Shown here: one piece after another, positions 20,722 through 29,648 of the stretch | How the letters are laid out: every line of letters begins with the position of its first letter | Position numbering within the stretch: the first letter of the stretch is position 1 | Source of the DNA: an uncultured archaeon | GTDB lineage: Archaea; Asgardarchaeota; Lokiarchaeia; Sigyniarchaeales; SOKP01 | Assembly: GCA_964486045.1 (NCBI GenBank) | Contig: CAZALK010000009.1 | Coordinates: 128,001-192,000, forward strand | Reading direction: 5' to 3' | Length of the DNA stretch: 64,000 nt | Notes under the pieces: model-generated | What the model saw: only the letters and a program-made list of their open reading frames with translations | What the model was told of the DNA's origin: nothing | Databases searched by the model: none | Translations under genes and position numbers: made by a program

Positions 20722-21070
20722 GTGAGTAAAAAAATACAAAAAGCTAGAATAAGGCTTTCTTCTACTCAATTAGACGCACTTAAGTCGGTATGCGGACAAA
20801 TTGAGTCTGTGTGCAAAACACTTTCAAACCTCTTGTTAGTGGTGCGACTCACAGGGTATTAGAAAGAACGGACCTATTCCTCTTCCCACAAAAAGATTAC
20901 GTGTGCCAATATTAAAAGCGCCCTCTGGACAAGGAACTGCTACCTGGGCAAAATTTGAGATGCGTATTCATAAACGTCTTTTTGAAATAATTGCTAATGA
21001 AAGAAGCATGCATCTCATTATGAAGATTCAAATTCCCGAGTCAGTGCTTGTAGAAATTGAACTAATGTAA
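20722..21070 (+). CDS. rps10: 30S ribosomal protein uS10, interrupted by a 31-nt intron (exons 20722-20817 and 20849-21070; 105 aa spliced)
   Basis: Exon 1 VSKKIQKARIRLSSTQLDALKSVCGQIESVCK; exon 2 SQGIRKNGPIPLPTKRLRVPILKAPSGQGTATWAKFEMRIHKRLFEI..VEIELM; uS10 motifs ARIRL, GPIPLPTK, EMRIHKRL lie in two different frames. Confidence 0.93.
20818..20848 (+). other. Putative bulge-helix-bulge/loop (tRNA-type) intron in rps10 mRNA
   Basis: Exon stem UCUGUG/CACAGG, central helix UGCA/UGCG, bulges AAA and ACU, intron stem CACU/AGUG; cutting after the 2nd nt of each bulge removes 31 nt and restores the frame. Confidence 0.85.
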
Positions 21071-21074
21071 ATGT

Positions 21075-21833
21075 TTATAAATCATCTATTTTAATCTGAA
21101 CCGGATCTTTCGGTAATTTTGCTTTCTCATTAATTTCGATATTATCGACATAGTAAATAGTGCCAAGAACTTCCGTATTTTTACCAATTGTTACATCTCT
21201 GCCTTTAATATCACCTTCAACATGCGCCCTCCCAATGTTTACAATGTTTTTAGCGAAAACACTCCCGTGGATTATATAATGTTGCTTTTTTCTTATAGTT
21301 TCTGAAGCTCCAATTAGGATATCTTCAGCAACGACATTTCCTTCTATATGTGTTTTCCCTTCTATTCTAATCTTTTTTTCAGAAGATAAGTTTCCGTTAA
21401 CATTTGAAGAACCAGAAAAGGTTACACCTTGTTCTCCTCTCACAAAATGTCCTGCTTTGAAAGAACCAGATGCAATTAAAGAACCTTGGATATTAACAAG
21501 ATTACCTATTTGCGTTGAACCAGAAAAATCCGCATTTTCATCTCCATAAAGAAATCCAGCAATATTAAAAGAACCCGAGCTACTTACATCTCCATGCGCG
21601 TTTATATTACCTGATCCTTTTAAAGATCCTGATGAAGTAAGCCCATTACATTCCAAATCCCCATTAATTCGACCTGAACCTGAAACTCGTATGGATTTAT
21701 TTATTTTTCCACCCGAGATTTTTGCTGAGCCAGATACGCTTATATGTTCTTCATATTCTTTTAGGCTCCCTGAGCTACTGATTATTGCTCTTTTCTCATT
21801 TTGCTTTACAGATTCACCCTCTTTTTTTTCCAT
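21075..21833 (-). CDS. Polymer-forming cytoskeletal (bactofilin-like beta-helix) protein
   Basis: Repeated (I/V)SGS.. and G.(I/V)..  beta-solenoid units throughout. Confidence 0.75.
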   Translation of the reverse strand: MEKKEGESVKQNEKRAIISSSGSLKEYEEHISVSGSAKISGGKINKSIRVSGSGRINGDLECNGLTSSGSLKGSGNINAHGDVSSSGSFNIAGFLYGDENADFSGSTQIGNLVNIQGSLIASGSFKAGHFVRGEQGVTFSGSSNVNGNLSSEKKIRIEGKTHIEGNVVAEDILIGASETIRKKQHYIIHGSVFAKNIVNIGRAHVEGDIKGRDVTIGKNTEVLGTIYYVDNIEINEKAKLPKDPVQIKIDDL

Positions 21834-22018
21834 TTTTAATCACAACTAATAGAATTGATATACAGTAATATAAAATCAAGTTTAATAAAACATTTACTTA
21901 TTTCTTTATTCTAGAAGAAAACTTGAGTTTAATTAATCAGATTTAAATCAATATATAATTATAATTCTATTAGTTAATTAGAAGCTTACTTAACAAAATA
22001 AAACGAGAATGTATTGTA

Positions 22019-22744
22019 ATGGGAGATTTTCACACAAAAACGTTTTATGGGCAAAAATCAAGTTTATTAATTTCTAGCCCAGCAAAAATTACTCCTTACG
22101 TTTTCCTTAGTTGTATTAATAGGAAGGATGATGGGGCTTGGGAGAGGCCAGTTAAGGGGGAAGGGAAAACTGTTAAACTATCAATTGAAGAAATAATATG
22201 TATTTTAGAAGTTCTATATAGAAGAAGTGCAAATTGGAGAGGATTTCATGTATTTAAAGATCGCAAAACAGAGATTTATGCCGGATGGGAAGATAAAAGT
22301 CGTCAAGTATTGCTGATAAAGATCGGGAATTATATGAAGAAACTCAGATTTCCTAATTTGAATTTTTTAACGTTACTGCTTGAGCATCTATTATCTGAGA
22401 AAATAGAGTTTGCTACGAGTGGGACATTCGAATCTGAGAGGAAGGAAAAACAAGAAGTTGATGAGGAATCTGAATACGGGGTTTTTGCAGAATATATTAC
22501 GGCTAGAGATGGTTTACATATTGTAGAAACTACTGAATATGATACTTCTATAGATACCTTCGATATAAATGCTAAAATAAAAGTTGATAGTCCTAAGGCT
22601 TTAATGATTACGTTAGAATCTGGTGAGGAGTATTGGATACCTAAATCAACAGTACATTCAGTATATGATGTAAATAATAAAGAGATGTTTCAGAGGTTTG
22701 TAGTAGATAAATGGATAATTGAAAAATATAAGATTTCAAAATAA
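22019..22744 (+). CDS. Hypothetical two-domain protein
   Basis: 241-aa ORF; C-terminal SPKALMI..EYWIPKS..KWI domain. Confidence 0.65.
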   Translation: MGDFHTKTFYGQKSSLLISSPAKITPYVFLSCINRKDDGAWERPVKGEGKTVKLSIEEIICILEVLYRRSANWRGFHVFKDRKTEIYAGWEDKSRQVLLIKIGNYMKKLRFPNLNFLTLLLEHLLSEKIEFATSGTFESERKEKQEVDEESEYGVFAEYITARDGLHIVETTEYDTSIDTFDINAKIKVDSPKALMITLESGEEYWIPKSTVHSVYDVNNKEMFQRFVVDKWIIEKYKISK

Positions 22745-22834
22745 AGGATCTAGTAAAAACCATAATTTCAAGAAACGAAAAAAGATAATAACTAATTTTT
22801 ACTTCTTTATCTAATAATTCTCTGTTTGATTCAA

Positions 22835-23665
22835 ATGGGATTCACTATTAATTTTTTGAAACAAATCACTTTAAATGTATTTGATGTAGTTTCTCCCCTT
22901 TTGGGGACAAAAGAAGCTGCTATAAAATCTAAAAGAGGTGCTGGGGGAGATATATCAATGAATATTGATATTGTTGCTGAAAATGCTATAATTGAAACGT
23001 TAGAGGAAGCCAGTATTGATTTATTATTAATTAGTGAAGAAGTGGGGGAAAAATTTATAGGTGATAAAGAAAAAGCAAAGGAGAATCAATTAACTTTAAT
23101 CGTGGATCCATTAGATGGGTCAAATAATGCGGTTAGAGGTGTACCCTACTGTTCTGTATCAATAGCATCAGCGATTGGTACAAAAATAAGTGATATCAGA
23201 AAAGCTACTGTCCTTAATTTGAACACTAAAGATATTTATTGGGCAGAGAAAGGAAAGGGTGCTTTTCTTAATGATAAAAAAATCCAAGTCTCTAATTTAG
23301 ATATTTCTCAAAAATGCTTTTTTGAACTCAACCTCCCTAAGGAAAATTTTATGAAAGTTTTTCAAGATCTAATGCCAATAATAAGAAAATTTTATCGAAT
23401 GAGAATATTGGGAAGCAGTGCACTAACTTTATGTCAAGTAGCAGGTGGTAATATGGAAGCCTTTATTAACATGAGGAATAGTAATAGGTTAGTTGATGTA
23501 GCAGCAGGATTGTTGATTTTAAAGGAAGCCGGAGGAAAATTTTTTTCGTTAAACGGGACTGAGATTGATTTTCCATTATCAATAGATGTTAGATTTCCAT
23601 TTGTAGCTTGTAATGCAAACTTAGAACCTTTCCTTAAAACAGAAATCCAAAATAAAATAAACTGA
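22835..23665 (+). CDS. Inositol monophosphatase / FBPase family protein
   Basis: ISEE, IVDPLDGSNN, RILGS, DVAAGLLILKEAGG. Confidence 0.92.
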   Translation: MGFTINFLKQITLNVFDVVSPLLGTKEAAIKSKRGAGGDISMNIDIVAENAIIETLEEASIDLLLISEEVGEKFIGDKEKAKENQLTLIVDPLDGSNNAVRGVPYCSVSIASAIGTKISDIRKATVLNLNTKDIYWAEKGKGAFLNDKKIQVSNLDISQKCFFELNLPKENFMKVFQDLMPIIRKFYRMRILGSSALTLCQVAGGNMEAFINMRNSNRLVDVAAGLLILKEAGGKFFSLNGTEIDFPLSIDVRFPFVACNANLEPFLKTEIQNKIN

Positions 23666-23682
23666 AATGTAAGCCGAATATA

Positions 23683-24843
23683 ATGAATTCAAGAGAAAGG
23701 GTACGGATTACATTAAACCATAAGGAACCCGATAGTGTTCCATTGGATTTAGGTGGAAACCAATCAGGAATTCATATAAAAGCATATAAAAGACTTATTG
23801 ATTATCTTGGAATCGAAGATAAAGAAATTAAAACCTACGATTATATACAGCAACTTGCAACTCCATCTGAGATATTATTAGAACGTTTTAACATCGATAC
23901 GAGGTATATTCGACCTCTTGGTGGCATGGTTAAAATTGATGATTTCGAAGTAGAATATGAAGGAAATTATGTTGGTGTTTATGATCAATTTGGATGTTTT
24001 TGGGGAAATAATGCTAATAAAGATTTAAAGAACATCTTGTATTACGATCCTGTTTTTCATCCCTTTGAGGATTTTAAGACAGTTCAAGATATTAAGGGAT
24101 TTGATTGGCCTGATGGAACCGATAAATCCCCATTTGAAGGATTAAAAGAATATGCTAAAGGATTACACGACCGAACTAATTTTGCATTAGGATCTGCGCC
24201 AACAGGGTGCATTTACGAGTACACAACTTTTCTTTTTGGTTTCACTAGAGCTTTAAGATATCTAAAGAAAAAACCAGAATTAATAACTGCTGCAATGGAA
24301 GGACTTTTACAATATTGGGTTGATTACAACATCACATTTTTGAATGAAGTTGGTCAATACTTAGATTTTCTGTGTATCAATGGAGATCTCGCAGAACAAG
24401 CTGGCCCTATAATGGACTTGAGGACATATAAAGATTTGATAAAGCCCATTGAGAGGAAACTTTCTGAAAAAGTTCATTCTTTAGCAAACCTAAAGATAAA
24501 TTATCATTGTTGTGGTTCAATCCCACAATTTATCCCCCATTTTGCAGAAATTAAATATAACGCAGTTAATCCCGTTCAAATTTCGGCATATGATATGGAG
24601 CCTTGTAGCCTAAAAAAACGTTTTGGGAAAAAAATTGCTTTTTGGGGTGGTATGTGTAACTCACAAGCTACGCTACCTTTTGGTAATCCTAAACAAATAA
24701 GAAAAGAAGTTAAAAGAAATTTTTGGTGCTTGAAACCTGGTGGTGGTTTTGTAGCAGCAAATATTCATAATATCACAGCAGAAGTTCCCCCTCAAAATAT
24801 AGTAGCTATGTTTGACGCTGCAAATGAATTTAGAAATTACTAA
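23683..24843 (+). CDS. Uroporphyrinogen decarboxylase-family (MtaA/CmuA-like) protein
   Basis: SRERV..HKEPD, GDL, HCCG, LKKRFG..FWGG, PGGGF..HNI. Confidence 0.85.
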   Translation: MNSRERVRITLNHKEPDSVPLDLGGNQSGIHIKAYKRLIDYLGIEDKEIKTYDYIQQLATPSEILLERFNIDTRYIRPLGGMVKIDDFEVEYEGNYVGVYDQFGCFWGNNANKDLKNILYYDPVFHPFEDFKTVQDIKGFDWPDGTDKSPFEGLKEYAKGLHDRTNFALGSAPTGCIYEYTTFLFGFTRALRYLKKKPELITAAMEGLLQYWVDYNITFLNEVGQYLDFLCINGDLAEQAGPIMDLRTYKDLIKPIERKLSEKVHSLANLKINYHCCGSIPQFIPHFAEIKYNAVNPVQISAYDMEPCSLKKRFGKKIAFWGGMCNSQATLPFGNPKQIRKEVKRNFWCLKPGGGFVAANIHNITAEVPPQNIVAMFDAANEFRNY

Positions 24844-24846
24844 AAT

Positions 24847-25923
24847 TTAAGCAGGTACGTTGATTGGATAATTACCATATTTTCTCCGAATGTTTTGCAT
24901 CGATTCAAATCGATCTACTGTAACTGCGGGATTAATACTATGCCCCGAACCAAAAATATAGCCCCCATTTGGTCCTAACTCGCGAATTAGCCTTTTTGCA
25001 TTAGCTTCGATTTCAGAAATCTTTCCCATTGCTAATAATACAGGGCTTAAATTACCAGAAAATGTTATTTGATCACCATATTTTTGATGTAACTTAAAAA
25101 TATCATATTCTGGATTTGCGGTCATCGGTTCAATTGGATTTATTATATCGACCCCACATTTTATAATATCTTCAAAAATATCTAATAGATCGCCATCAGA
25201 GTGTAACATTATCTTACAATTTCTTTTATGGGCAACCTCACAAATTTGTTTTAACCACGAAAAGACGTATTTTCTGTAATTTTGAGGGCTCATAAATAAC
25301 CCATTCTTAAACCCATAGTCATCCCATAATAGAATTATCTGAGCATCATTATCCGCTAAAATTTTAACAAGTTCTACAGTGAATTTTCCCCTATCGTCAA
25401 AAACTTTCTTTGCTTGTTTTGGTTTTTTCATTATTCTTGAGAAAGTCTCAATTCCAAATCCCTCCCAAGTACATTCCATCATTGCTCCTGTAGCTGGAAT
25501 AGAAAAAACTTCATTATTTAATTCTTCCTGAGTTTTTCTACCTAACTTAAATTGTTCAATTCTTGTATTTAAATAAGGATCTGGTTGTTCCCAACTCTCA
25601 TATTCTTCAAAGGATTGAAATTCTCCTCCATGATATCCTGATAATGTTGTTCCATCTTTGTATGATTCAAACTTCATTATTCTTCCATATTCATCTACAT
25701 ATCCTCCTTTGAAAAATTTCCGTGGGAAGAGACTTACATAACTTAAAACTAAGTCTATACCGACTCTCCTAAAAAAATCATAAATTATTTTGTAACCACG
25801 ACCAACACTCTCCATACGATAATATTTCAAAATTGTATCGTTTGTAAAAGCGCTTTCAAACGCAGGAATTCTATCTGGTTCTTCATGATTTATGACTTTT
25901 AATATTCTTTCTGGTGCTCTCAT
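24847..25923 (-). CDS. Uroporphyrinogen decarboxylase-family (MtaA/CmuA-like) protein
   Basis: HEEPDRIP, DDYG, HSDG, GGYIFGSGHSI; convergent with its paralog. Confidence 0.85.
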   Translation of the reverse strand: MRAPERILKVINHEEPDRIPAFESAFTNDTILKYYRMESVGRGYKIIYDFFRRVGIDLVLSYVSLFPRKFFKGGYVDEYGRIMKFESYKDGTTLSGYHGGEFQSFEEYESWEQPDPYLNTRIEQFKLGRKTQEELNNEVFSIPATGAMMECTWEGFGIETFSRIMKKPKQAKKVFDDRGKFTVELVKILADNDAQIILLWDDYGFKNGLFMSPQNYRKYVFSWLKQICEVAHKRNCKIMLHSDGDLLDIFEDIIKCGVDIINPIEPMTANPEYDIFKLHQKYGDQITFSGNLSPVLLAMGKISEIEANAKRLIRELGPNGGYIFGSGHSINPAVTVDRFESMQNIRRKYGNYPINVPA

Positions 25924-26017
25924 TATCCCCTAATTCTTAAGAAGTAATTAGAATTAATATAATTAATAACATAGTTCTTGCTAAATAAATTATTCTTTAA
26001 AGAAGGGATATTGATAA

Positions 26018-26614
26018 TTGACAAATTTTAAACGGTTGAATCGGGAGTTTTTCAGTAGAAATACCATAACAGTGGCAAAGGAGTTATTAGGGAAGTATTT
26101 AATAAGAGAAACAGATAAAGGTACCATGGTAGGAGAAATTATAGAAGTTGAAGCATATCTCGGAACTGAGGATAAAGCTTGTCATTCTTATAATTATAAA
26201 AAAACCGAAAGAATAAAGATTATGTATGAAAAACCCGGAACTTTTTATGTTTATTTAATATATGGTATGTATCATTGTTTAAACGTTATCACTGAACCTG
26301 AAGCAATACCTTGCGCGGTGTTAATCAGACAATTATACCCAATTGATGGGATTGAACTAATAGTCGAAAATCGGAAGATTAGGAAGAGTAAAAAACCTAA
26401 AAATTTAACCAATGGTCCAGGAAAATTATGTATGGCTTTTAATATTACTAAAGATGAATTCAATGGAAATGATTCGGTTGCAAATGACTCAAAATTATTT
26501 TTTGCCCATACTGAGAAACAATTTGATAAAACTTTTATCTCTCTTAAAAGAATCGGGGTTGAATATGCCGAGGAAGATAAAGACAAGCTACTCCGGTTTA
26601 AATTAACTAAATAA
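26018..26614 (+). CDS. mpg: DNA-3-methyladenine glycosylase (MPG/AAG family)
   Basis: IIEVEAYLG..DKACHS, YVYLIYGMYHCLNV, AVLIR, NGPGKLC, RIGV. Confidence 0.95.
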   Translation: MTNFKRLNREFFSRNTITVAKELLGKYLIRETDKGTMVGEIIEVEAYLGTEDKACHSYNYKKTERIKIMYEKPGTFYVYLIYGMYHCLNVITEPEAIPCAVLIRQLYPIDGIELIVENRKIRKSKKPKNLTNGPGKLCMAFNITKDEFNGNDSVANDSKLFFAHTEKQFDKTFISLKRIGVEYAEEDKDKLLRFKLTK

Positions 26615-26818
26615 CACGGATATATATCAAAAAAATAGTGTCTTTTATTTGAATTCAATGAGGAGTTTTCTATTTTTTTCTATTACAAATTTGACATTAA
26701 TGGATACATTTAAATATTAGAATTCTTCAAATATACATTGTAGAAAGGGATATTGGTTGTAGGTTTATTATACATTTATTATAAAATTTAGTAAGGTGAT
26801 TCTATCGTAAAAGATGCC

Positions 26819-27256
26819 TTGAAGTTTTTTCAAGCATATATTAAAGAAATGATTGATATTGGTGGAAATAATTTACCAAAAGCAATTTCTACTAAATCTG
26901 GTGCAAAATTAGGTAAAATATATAAAGGAAAAAGTTTAGTTTCAGATATTGAAAGTGCTCTGAAACAAATTTATATTGCTTTGAAAGCAAAACCAATTGT
27001 AAAAAAGCTAAACGATAATCACTATGAAGTAATAGTTAAATACTCTAAAGGATTCTGCTTAATAGGAGGATCTAATAATTCCTCGCGATCGCATGTTTTT
27101 CAAGAAAATATATGTATCCCTTATACAAAGGGATTCTTAAATGAACTTTTCCCACAATACAAGTTTGAAGAGGATATCATTAACTGTATCCCGTTAAATG
27201 GACAAAAAACATGCCATTATAAGCTAAAAGTTTCAAACAGACGAAACTTCGTATAA
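26819..27256 (+). CDS. V4R/methanogen-output-domain-like protein (paralog 1)
   Basis: KFFQAYI.EMID.GG.NLPK, C.IGG, ICIPY, KTCHY shared with the next gene. Confidence 0.6.
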   Translation: MKFFQAYIKEMIDIGGNNLPKAISTKSGAKLGKIYKGKSLVSDIESALKQIYIALKAKPIVKKLNDNHYEVIVKYSKGFCLIGGSNNSSRSHVFQENICIPYTKGFLNELFPQYKFEEDIINCIPLNGQKTCHYKLKVSNRRNFV

Positions 27257-27389
27257 TACTTATTTTTTAAATCTTGGTTGGACAACTCTAATTAATAATA
27301 AAAGAATATAAAATATTAAATACTTTTAATCCGAGATTTATATAATTCTTTTTTAAGGTTATCACAACATAGTAGGTCTTAATAGTATC

Positions 27390-27842
27390 ATGTCAAAAAA
27401 TAAAGATGCTCTGAAGTTTTTTCAGGCATATATTAACGAGATGATTGATGTGGGGGGTCCTAATCTTCCTAAATCAATATCTGTCAGCTTAGGTGCGAAG
27501 TTAGGCAAATTATTAAGAGAACGCGGAGTTTCTGGTGTTGAAAATAGTTTAAGGAAAATACATAAGGTTTTAAAGGCTAAAACTAAAATCGTAGCAAATG
27601 ATAATAGTGCGTTAGATATCTATCTAAGATATTCAAAACGATTTTGCCCTATAGGGGGGAAAATCAATCCTGAACGGGCAAGAGTAATCCAAGATACAAT
27701 TTGTATCCCGTATATATCATCTATTTTGAATTCTCTACATCCAGATTTAAAATTTTTCCCCGTAATAAAAGAATGCATTCTCAATTCTAATGAAAAAACT
27801 TGCCATTATGAATTAAGAATGGAGGATAAAAAAGGGAAGTAA
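27390..27842 (+). CDS. V4R/methanogen-output-domain-like protein (paralog 2)
   Basis: Tandem paralog with four conserved Cys (CPIGG, ICIPY, ECI, TCHY). Confidence 0.6.
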   Translation: MSKNKDALKFFQAYINEMIDVGGPNLPKSISVSLGAKLGKLLRERGVSGVENSLRKIHKVLKAKTKIVANDNSALDIYLRYSKRFCPIGGKINPERARVIQDTICIPYISSILNSLHPDLKFFPVIKECILNSNEKTCHYELRMEDKKGK

Positions 27843-27860
27843 ACTTTATGTAATAAAAAA

Positions 27861-28163
27861 CCCAAGCCTCGAATCCTCAATTCTAGTGCTATAGCCGATA
27901 GTCATGCCTCTCCACACCCTTACTATAAAGCGTAAATACCTATAGTTACGGTTGTTCCATCCCTGGCCTAGCCGGTTTTCTAATTACAAGCTTATATCTT
28001 TCCTTCAAAAGACACTGCTCTGATACCTACCATTATAGGGAATGCTTCGCCGAGAACATAACGCTGGATAACAATAATCATGAAGCCTTGACCTGGGCAA
28101 TTTCCGCTGTGAGGATTTTACGGTCCGTCCAGCAATGGGACTTCAGACCACCCCAAAAGGTCC
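27861..28163 (-). ncRNA. ffs: Archaeal signal recognition particle (7S/SRP) RNA
   Basis: About 300-nt GC-elevated island without an ORF; minus strand has helix-8-like CGGCUAGGCCAGGGAUGGAACAACCG and a helix-6 hairpin; CCCAGG pairs with 3'-terminal CUUGGG, followed by a U-tract; ends approximate. Confidence 0.85.
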
Positions 28164-28261
28164 ATATTATTAAAATGAACCTACAGTTAAAAATTTATTG
28201 TCCTAAGAAACATAAGTTAATTATTGCTGAAATCACTGCGAATATTTGATGTTTATATTCT

Positions 28262-28420
28262 TTATTTTAAAACAATTTCTTTATTTAATTTTCGTCTTAG
28301 AATTGAAATAAATTCTTTTGTATCTGGAAAAATGTAAACAACTTCTTCCCCATCATCTTCAATAATAATTTCTCTTGAAAAAGTTCCGTTAACTTTAACC
28401 TTTAAATCGTTCAAAATCAT
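28262..28420 (-). CDS. Small hypothetical protein (52 aa)
   Basis: MILNDLKVKVNGTFSREIIIEDDGEEVVYIFPDTKEFISILRRKLNKEIVLK; below the track cutoff. Confidence 0.45.
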   Translation of the reverse strand: MILNDLKVKVNGTFSREIIIEDDGEEVVYIFPDTKEFISILRRKLNKEIVLK

Positions 28421-28534
28421 AAATGAAATATATGAAGCCTAAGTTCAAAAATTCTTATAACATGGCGATGATATCATAATCTGTAATCTCATAAGAAGAA
28501 AAAGTAAAAAAATTGAATAAGTTCTCACTTATTT

Positions 28535-29392
28535 TTAGTTTAATAAAAGCTGATCTAGATAAGTTCTTATCTGAGTTTCTGAGGTGCTTCCATTTTTAAT
28601 AATTTTACTGAAATACCCATTTAAATGCATTTTTATTTCAGTATTAAGATCTCGAATATCAATGTAGTTATATCTACTTTTAAGCTTTTTACTATCAATT
28701 AAAGGTTTTATGTGTTTCTCCACTAAATTTAAGATAAAACCAACTACAGCTCTATTCACTTTATTTTCATCATTCCTAGATAATTCATAATCACTGTGAA
28801 TTGCCATATCTCGAATTTCATTCAATTCTAAAAGAATTTTCTCCATACCAACCGATAGCTCAAGAGCTTTTATTTTATTTTCAAGATCCTTATTATTCTC
28901 AGCTGAAAACTGAGAGTTGCAATAATTCTCTAAATTTGCATAAAACCGTACTAAGAGTTTAAAAGCATCTTTAATTTCGTACATATTTTCAAAAGCTGCT
29001 AAATCTAAATCTTTCAATGAGGTATCGATTTCCACCTTAATTTTTTCCACAGCCATTGCTAAATATTGTGAATAATCTTCAAATGGAAATCCAAAATAAT
29101 AATTATTATATTTTTCTGTAATTTCCTTAACCTCTGGCCTTTGAGCTTGAATTTTTTCTTTCTTTACAATTTCCTTAACAAACTTTAAAACATAATTACA
29201 TTTAGGACAGTATGTAATCCACGAGCTTAAAATAACTTCTATAGGCTTAACACCTCTTGAGCTAATATAACCATTAAATCCTGATAAATTTTTTCCATCC
29301 GAAGTCGAAAATATTGATTCTTCTGGATAAAACGTTCTTGGAATGAATTTACTATTACACACTGGGCATTTTAATTTATCTTTTTGTTTCAT
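28535..29392 (-). CDS. Zn-ribbon + HEPN/DUF4145-like protein
   Basis: CPVC...CPKC N-terminus; helical C-terminal domain with R-x4-H (RDMAIH). Confidence 0.6.
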   Translation of the reverse strand: MKQKDKLKCPVCNSKFIPRTFYPEESIFSTSDGKNLSGFNGYISSRGVKPIEVILSSWITYCPKCNYVLKFVKEIVKKEKIQAQRPEVKEITEKYNNYYFGFPFEDYSQYLAMAVEKIKVEIDTSLKDLDLAAFENMYEIKDAFKLLVRFYANLENYCNSQFSAENNKDLENKIKALELSVGMEKILLELNEIRDMAIHSDYELSRNDENKVNRAVVGFILNLVEKHIKPLIDSKKLKSRYNYIDIRDLNTEIKMHLNGYFSKIIKNGSTSETQIRTYLDQLLLN

Positions 29393-29442
29393 AACTCAAT
29401 GATCAACGTATTTTAATTTATCTTTTTGTTTCATGACTCAAT
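29368..29442. repeat. 33-bp direct repeat (42-bp period) duplicating a gene start
   Basis: attttaatttatctttttgtttcat(a/g)actcaat at 29368-29400 and 29410-29442. Confidence 0.9.
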
Positions 29443-29648
29443 AATACCTTAAATGCAAGTATAATTCCTAATATATATACGGAAATAATATATAGAACAT
29501 ACTATATTTTTAGATAGATATAGTTTTAGCATAAAGGATTATTTATCGGATACCAATAATTATATTTTAATCTAAAAAGCTTAATATTTGTGTTATTTTA
29601 ATAGTAAGTTCGTTTGTATTTCTTAATTATAGATGTGTAGGATAAAAT

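Noticed and set aside
20811-20845. GTGC direct repeat at both ends of the rps10 insert, read as a target-site duplication or simple pseudogenising insertion
   Set aside because: 31 nt is too short for an IS and has no terminal inverted repeats. The repeat follows from the near-palindromic central helix, and both exons are otherwise intact. Kept only as an alternative explanation.
27861-28163. RNase P RNA or a novel ncRNA
   Set aside because: No GAGGAAAGUCC-type P4 motif seen; length and helix 6/8 features fit SRP RNA.
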